NCBI GenBank assembly: GCA_965113315.1
Contig: OZ220364.1
Length of the DNA: 64,000 bases
From: Podarcis vaucheri
Taxonomy: Eukaryota
Reading direction: 5' to 3' (one strand)
The notes under the pieces are model-generated. The model did no database searches. It was not told the origin of the DNA and worked only from the letters and a program-made list of their open reading frames with translations. Shown one piece after another: positions 61,200 through 64,000 of the stretch (the first letter of the stretch is position 1; every line of letters begins with the position of its first letter). Position numbers and translations under genes: made by a program.

Positions 61200-62400
61200 T
61201 CCAGAGCGGCTCAGGAGTTCCACATCCTCCAGGGTCGTGGATTTCTAGTCGGGGCGTGGGGAGGAAAACCAGGCAAAACTCCACAAAGCCATCCCATCCA
61301 AAGCGCAAGGAGCACTCGGGCGTCCCCATTCCCGTCTCCGTCTTAGAATGCGGCCTGTTTCGTGCTCAGTAAGCTAAAACTCAGCGGATCGGAGGCGAAG
61401 TTGGCGGGAGAGCCCAGGCCGAGCGCCTCCCGCTTTCCTCCCTTTCCCTTCCCTCTCCTTCCTTGCACCAAAACATCCCCAAGCGCCGCCGCTCCACCAA
61501 AGCCAAGCAGGGATCGCCGTGTTCCCCACGTGGGCTGGGCCGGGCCGGGCCGCGCGGCCAATCGGCTGCCGGGAAGCCCGCGCGAAACCCCGCCCGCCCG
61601 CCTCCCCCTCCCGCCGCGGCTGCTCCAAGTGATTAATTTTTGTCATATGACTGTCACACCGAATGGAGTCGGGTTCGCGGAACTAGCCGGCCGTCGCAGC
61701 TCGCGCGCGGGGAGGGGGGAGATCGCTGGCTGCTCCGGGCTTGGCCCCGCGAGAGCGGCGCGCTCCCAAAATGCCGCCCACACCCACCTTGTTGCAGAAG
61801 CTCTTCAACAAAAAGAGCGGCTTGGTCTCCCCCTGCAAGGAGCCCCGGGAAGAGTGCGTCTTCAGGTAAGGGGGCAGGCAGGGGGCGGGTGGAGCAGGGG
61901 CTGGGGCTGGCCCTGGGTTGGTTCCGGGGTCGGATCGCGGCGGGGCTGATCCCCATCCCCTCTCCGGCTTGGGGGCACTGCTTGGCTTCCTTGCTGCTCT
62001 TTGCGGAGTCGCCCTCTTCGCCTACCATCCGAGCCACGCCGCCGATTCTTCTCTTCCCCATCCCTAACTTGACACACCAGACTCTCCTTCTCTCCCAGCC
62101 TCCCCCCTTTTCCCCCCAGGAGGAGGCGGAGGGGCGGGCGGGGAGTTTTCCTGGCACCGTCTTGCCTTGGCGGCCACACAGCCGATCTGCCTCCCAGGCG
62201 GAAATCACACGGATGTGTCTCTTCGCCATGCGCCAAAACTTCGCGCAACGTTGTTTCTACTTTTTGAGGAGCTCCCTCTCGCTCCTCTTCCTCCTACTCG
62301 TGCCTCGGAGGATCGTGGCCGTCACGTGCGTGCAGAGCCGAGTATCCCCCCCCCAAAAAAAAATCACTTTCTTGAGTTGCAAAAAGAGAAACGGCTCCCC
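61200..62400 (+). promoter_or_regulatory. FNIP1 CpG-island promoter
   Basis: High GC/CpG; CACGTG 61527-61532, CCAAT 61558-61562, GC boxes ~61588-61603, palindromic GTCATATGAC 61642-61651, GTCACGTG 62321-62328; G-tracts after the exon 1 donor. Confidence 0.85.
61771..61865 (+). CDS. FNIP1: FNIP1 (folliculin-interacting protein 1) exon 1 CDS MPPTPTLLQKLFNKKSGLVSPCKEPREECVF(S)
   Basis: Matches the FNIP1 N-terminus (MAPTLFQKLFSKRTGL…DCGFS, from memory); donor CAG|gtaagg; CpG island; synteny downstream of MEIKIN. Confidence 0.92.
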
Positions 62401-64000
62401 TCAAAAAGGGAGCCACTTCCCCTTGCTGCTTCTCAAGCTCTTCATTTGGGTTCTGTTGGGGAAAGAAAAGAAGAAGACCGGCTCTCTCTTCTTCCTCCTC
62501 CTTTCCCAGTGGTCCGTTCCCTCCTCCTTTCTTCAACTTTGAAGCACTAAATAGACAGTTAAATTAAAAATATATAATATGCCATCTGCACACACTTGGC
62601 TGTCTTGAAAGTGGAAGCGACGACGCTTGACTGCCTGGCAAGAGCCACCTTAAATCTTAAGGAGGGACAGTAAACGGCGGACTGTCTGGCTGCCAGTGTA
62701 GTGTAGGGTTACCAGAGAAATCTGCTTGATCTTGCCATAACAGAACCCTGCCTGGCTGGGCGAGGGTACCGAATAAACAGGCTGCAAGCCAAGGATGGTT
62801 CTGTGAAAGCCCTTTGTGCCTCTCGGAAAGTTCCTTTTGCGTCTCGTTTCCCTTAGTAATAATAACAGAAACAAAACGTACATTTCAGCTCTGTGACTGT
62901 GCAAGAGACTTGCCGCTGAACACTTTGGGCTTATGATATTCTTTCTTATCCTTTTGCCTGTTGATGGTCCAGTACAATCCTAGAGATACGCTGCTTATAT
63001 TGGGGTCGCAGCAATAGTCAGAAATTGAATAACAGTACTGTTGGCACCCATATTTAAGCGCTGAGATCAGATATTACTTAGAAGCCTTTCCATTGTGTAC
63101 TCAGCCAAAATTGTTTCTGAATGTCCTGTGCGTATTTCTTGGACCTGGGTACTACTGAGTTCTGCAGGAGTGACTTCCAGGCCTTAGGATGCAAACCTAT
63201 GCACCCTTATGTGGGAAAACCTCACTGAATTCAGTAGGACTTATTTGTGAGTGATGAAATAGGGAACTGGGCTGCACATGACTTGCACAGATGAGGAATA
63301 GTATGCTTTTGGTGTTGAGTCTTCTATCAGCCCAATTCCACTGCTGCTGGAAAAGAAAGTTAGTTACCAACTTTGAATTTAGTATTAGAAGGCTGATGTG
63401 AGTGGAAATCATTTGCTTAAATTACATAACAGAAAATACTATGGTCTTGTAGAGGCTGCTAGGTGTTGCCACTGACTTCACTTTGACGAAGATTTCACTA
63501 TTCCCACAAAATTTCTGTTTGACATTCTCCACTTGAATTATTTTCATTGTCTAACCATTTCGTTCAGTTTAACTATATTTCAAAACATAAAATAGATTGC
63601 CCAAAGGCTTCTTTGTGGAACCACTTACCAGCTTTGTTTAATTTTATACACAACCGTGTTACTGTTTGTTGGCACTGGGCGTTGATATCACCTGGTAATA
63701 CTCCACTGTGCCACCTAGTCTTCAAGAACACCTAAATTAGCCCAAACAGTCAATCCTAGCTGCATCTACTCAAAGGTGTTTTATAAGCAAACCTAATACT
63801 GTATCTATCTGGCTACTTCTAGTGCGCCGTTTTATTAGACTATCAGTATGCAAATGGGAATTCCTTAATGACATGTGAATAAACATGCAGAAGTCATTGA
63901 AAATTCTTTTGGAGGTTGACATATTAAAGTCAGTGTTTAAGAAGATACATTTTTAAGAACATATACTTTGAAATAAATATTTCCACAAATAAGAAGCAAG

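Noticed and set aside
61362-62550. Long ORFs (300, 195, 191 aa) around the FNIP1 start
   Set aside because: By-products of the GC-rich CpG island; low-complexity translations that cross a canonical donor. The true CDS is 61771-61865 in another frame.

Overview
Vertebrate genomic DNA, almost certainly from a squamate lizard: it carries full-length Sauria SINEs with (ACCTTT)n tails, and a lacertid is likely but inferred. Three intron-containing genes lie on the + strand in the conserved amniote order ACSL6 -> MEIKIN -> FNIP1. (1) The 3' half of ACSL6 (long-chain acyl-CoA synthetase 6; 1-21060) includes the two mutually exclusive 78-nt 'gate' exons (F-gate, Y-gate) separated by a 63-nt intron. 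(2) A complete MEIKIN (meiotic kinetochore factor) is only fragmentarily visible in the ORF track; I assembled it by hand from 13 phase-compatible coding exons (35039-53875; 1287 nt, 428 aa). (3) The window ends with the CpG-island promoter and first coding exon of FNIP1 (61771-61865). Introns and intergenic DNA contain SINEs, CR1/L2/RTE-X LINE fragments, solo LTRs, hAT and Tc1/mariner MITEs, and microsatellites. The most interesting signals are in MEIKIN: an N-terminal RSYSRK (PDS5-type YSR motif) and LPKIQE (PP2A-B56 LxxIxE motif) lie upstream of the separase site SPEIFR, and the exon matching the mammalian PLK1-docking LLTSTP segment appears decayed. In ACSL6, the 63-nt intron between the gate exons is stop-free, in frame and probably sterically blocked. 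Comparisons with human proteins are from memory and need real alignment.
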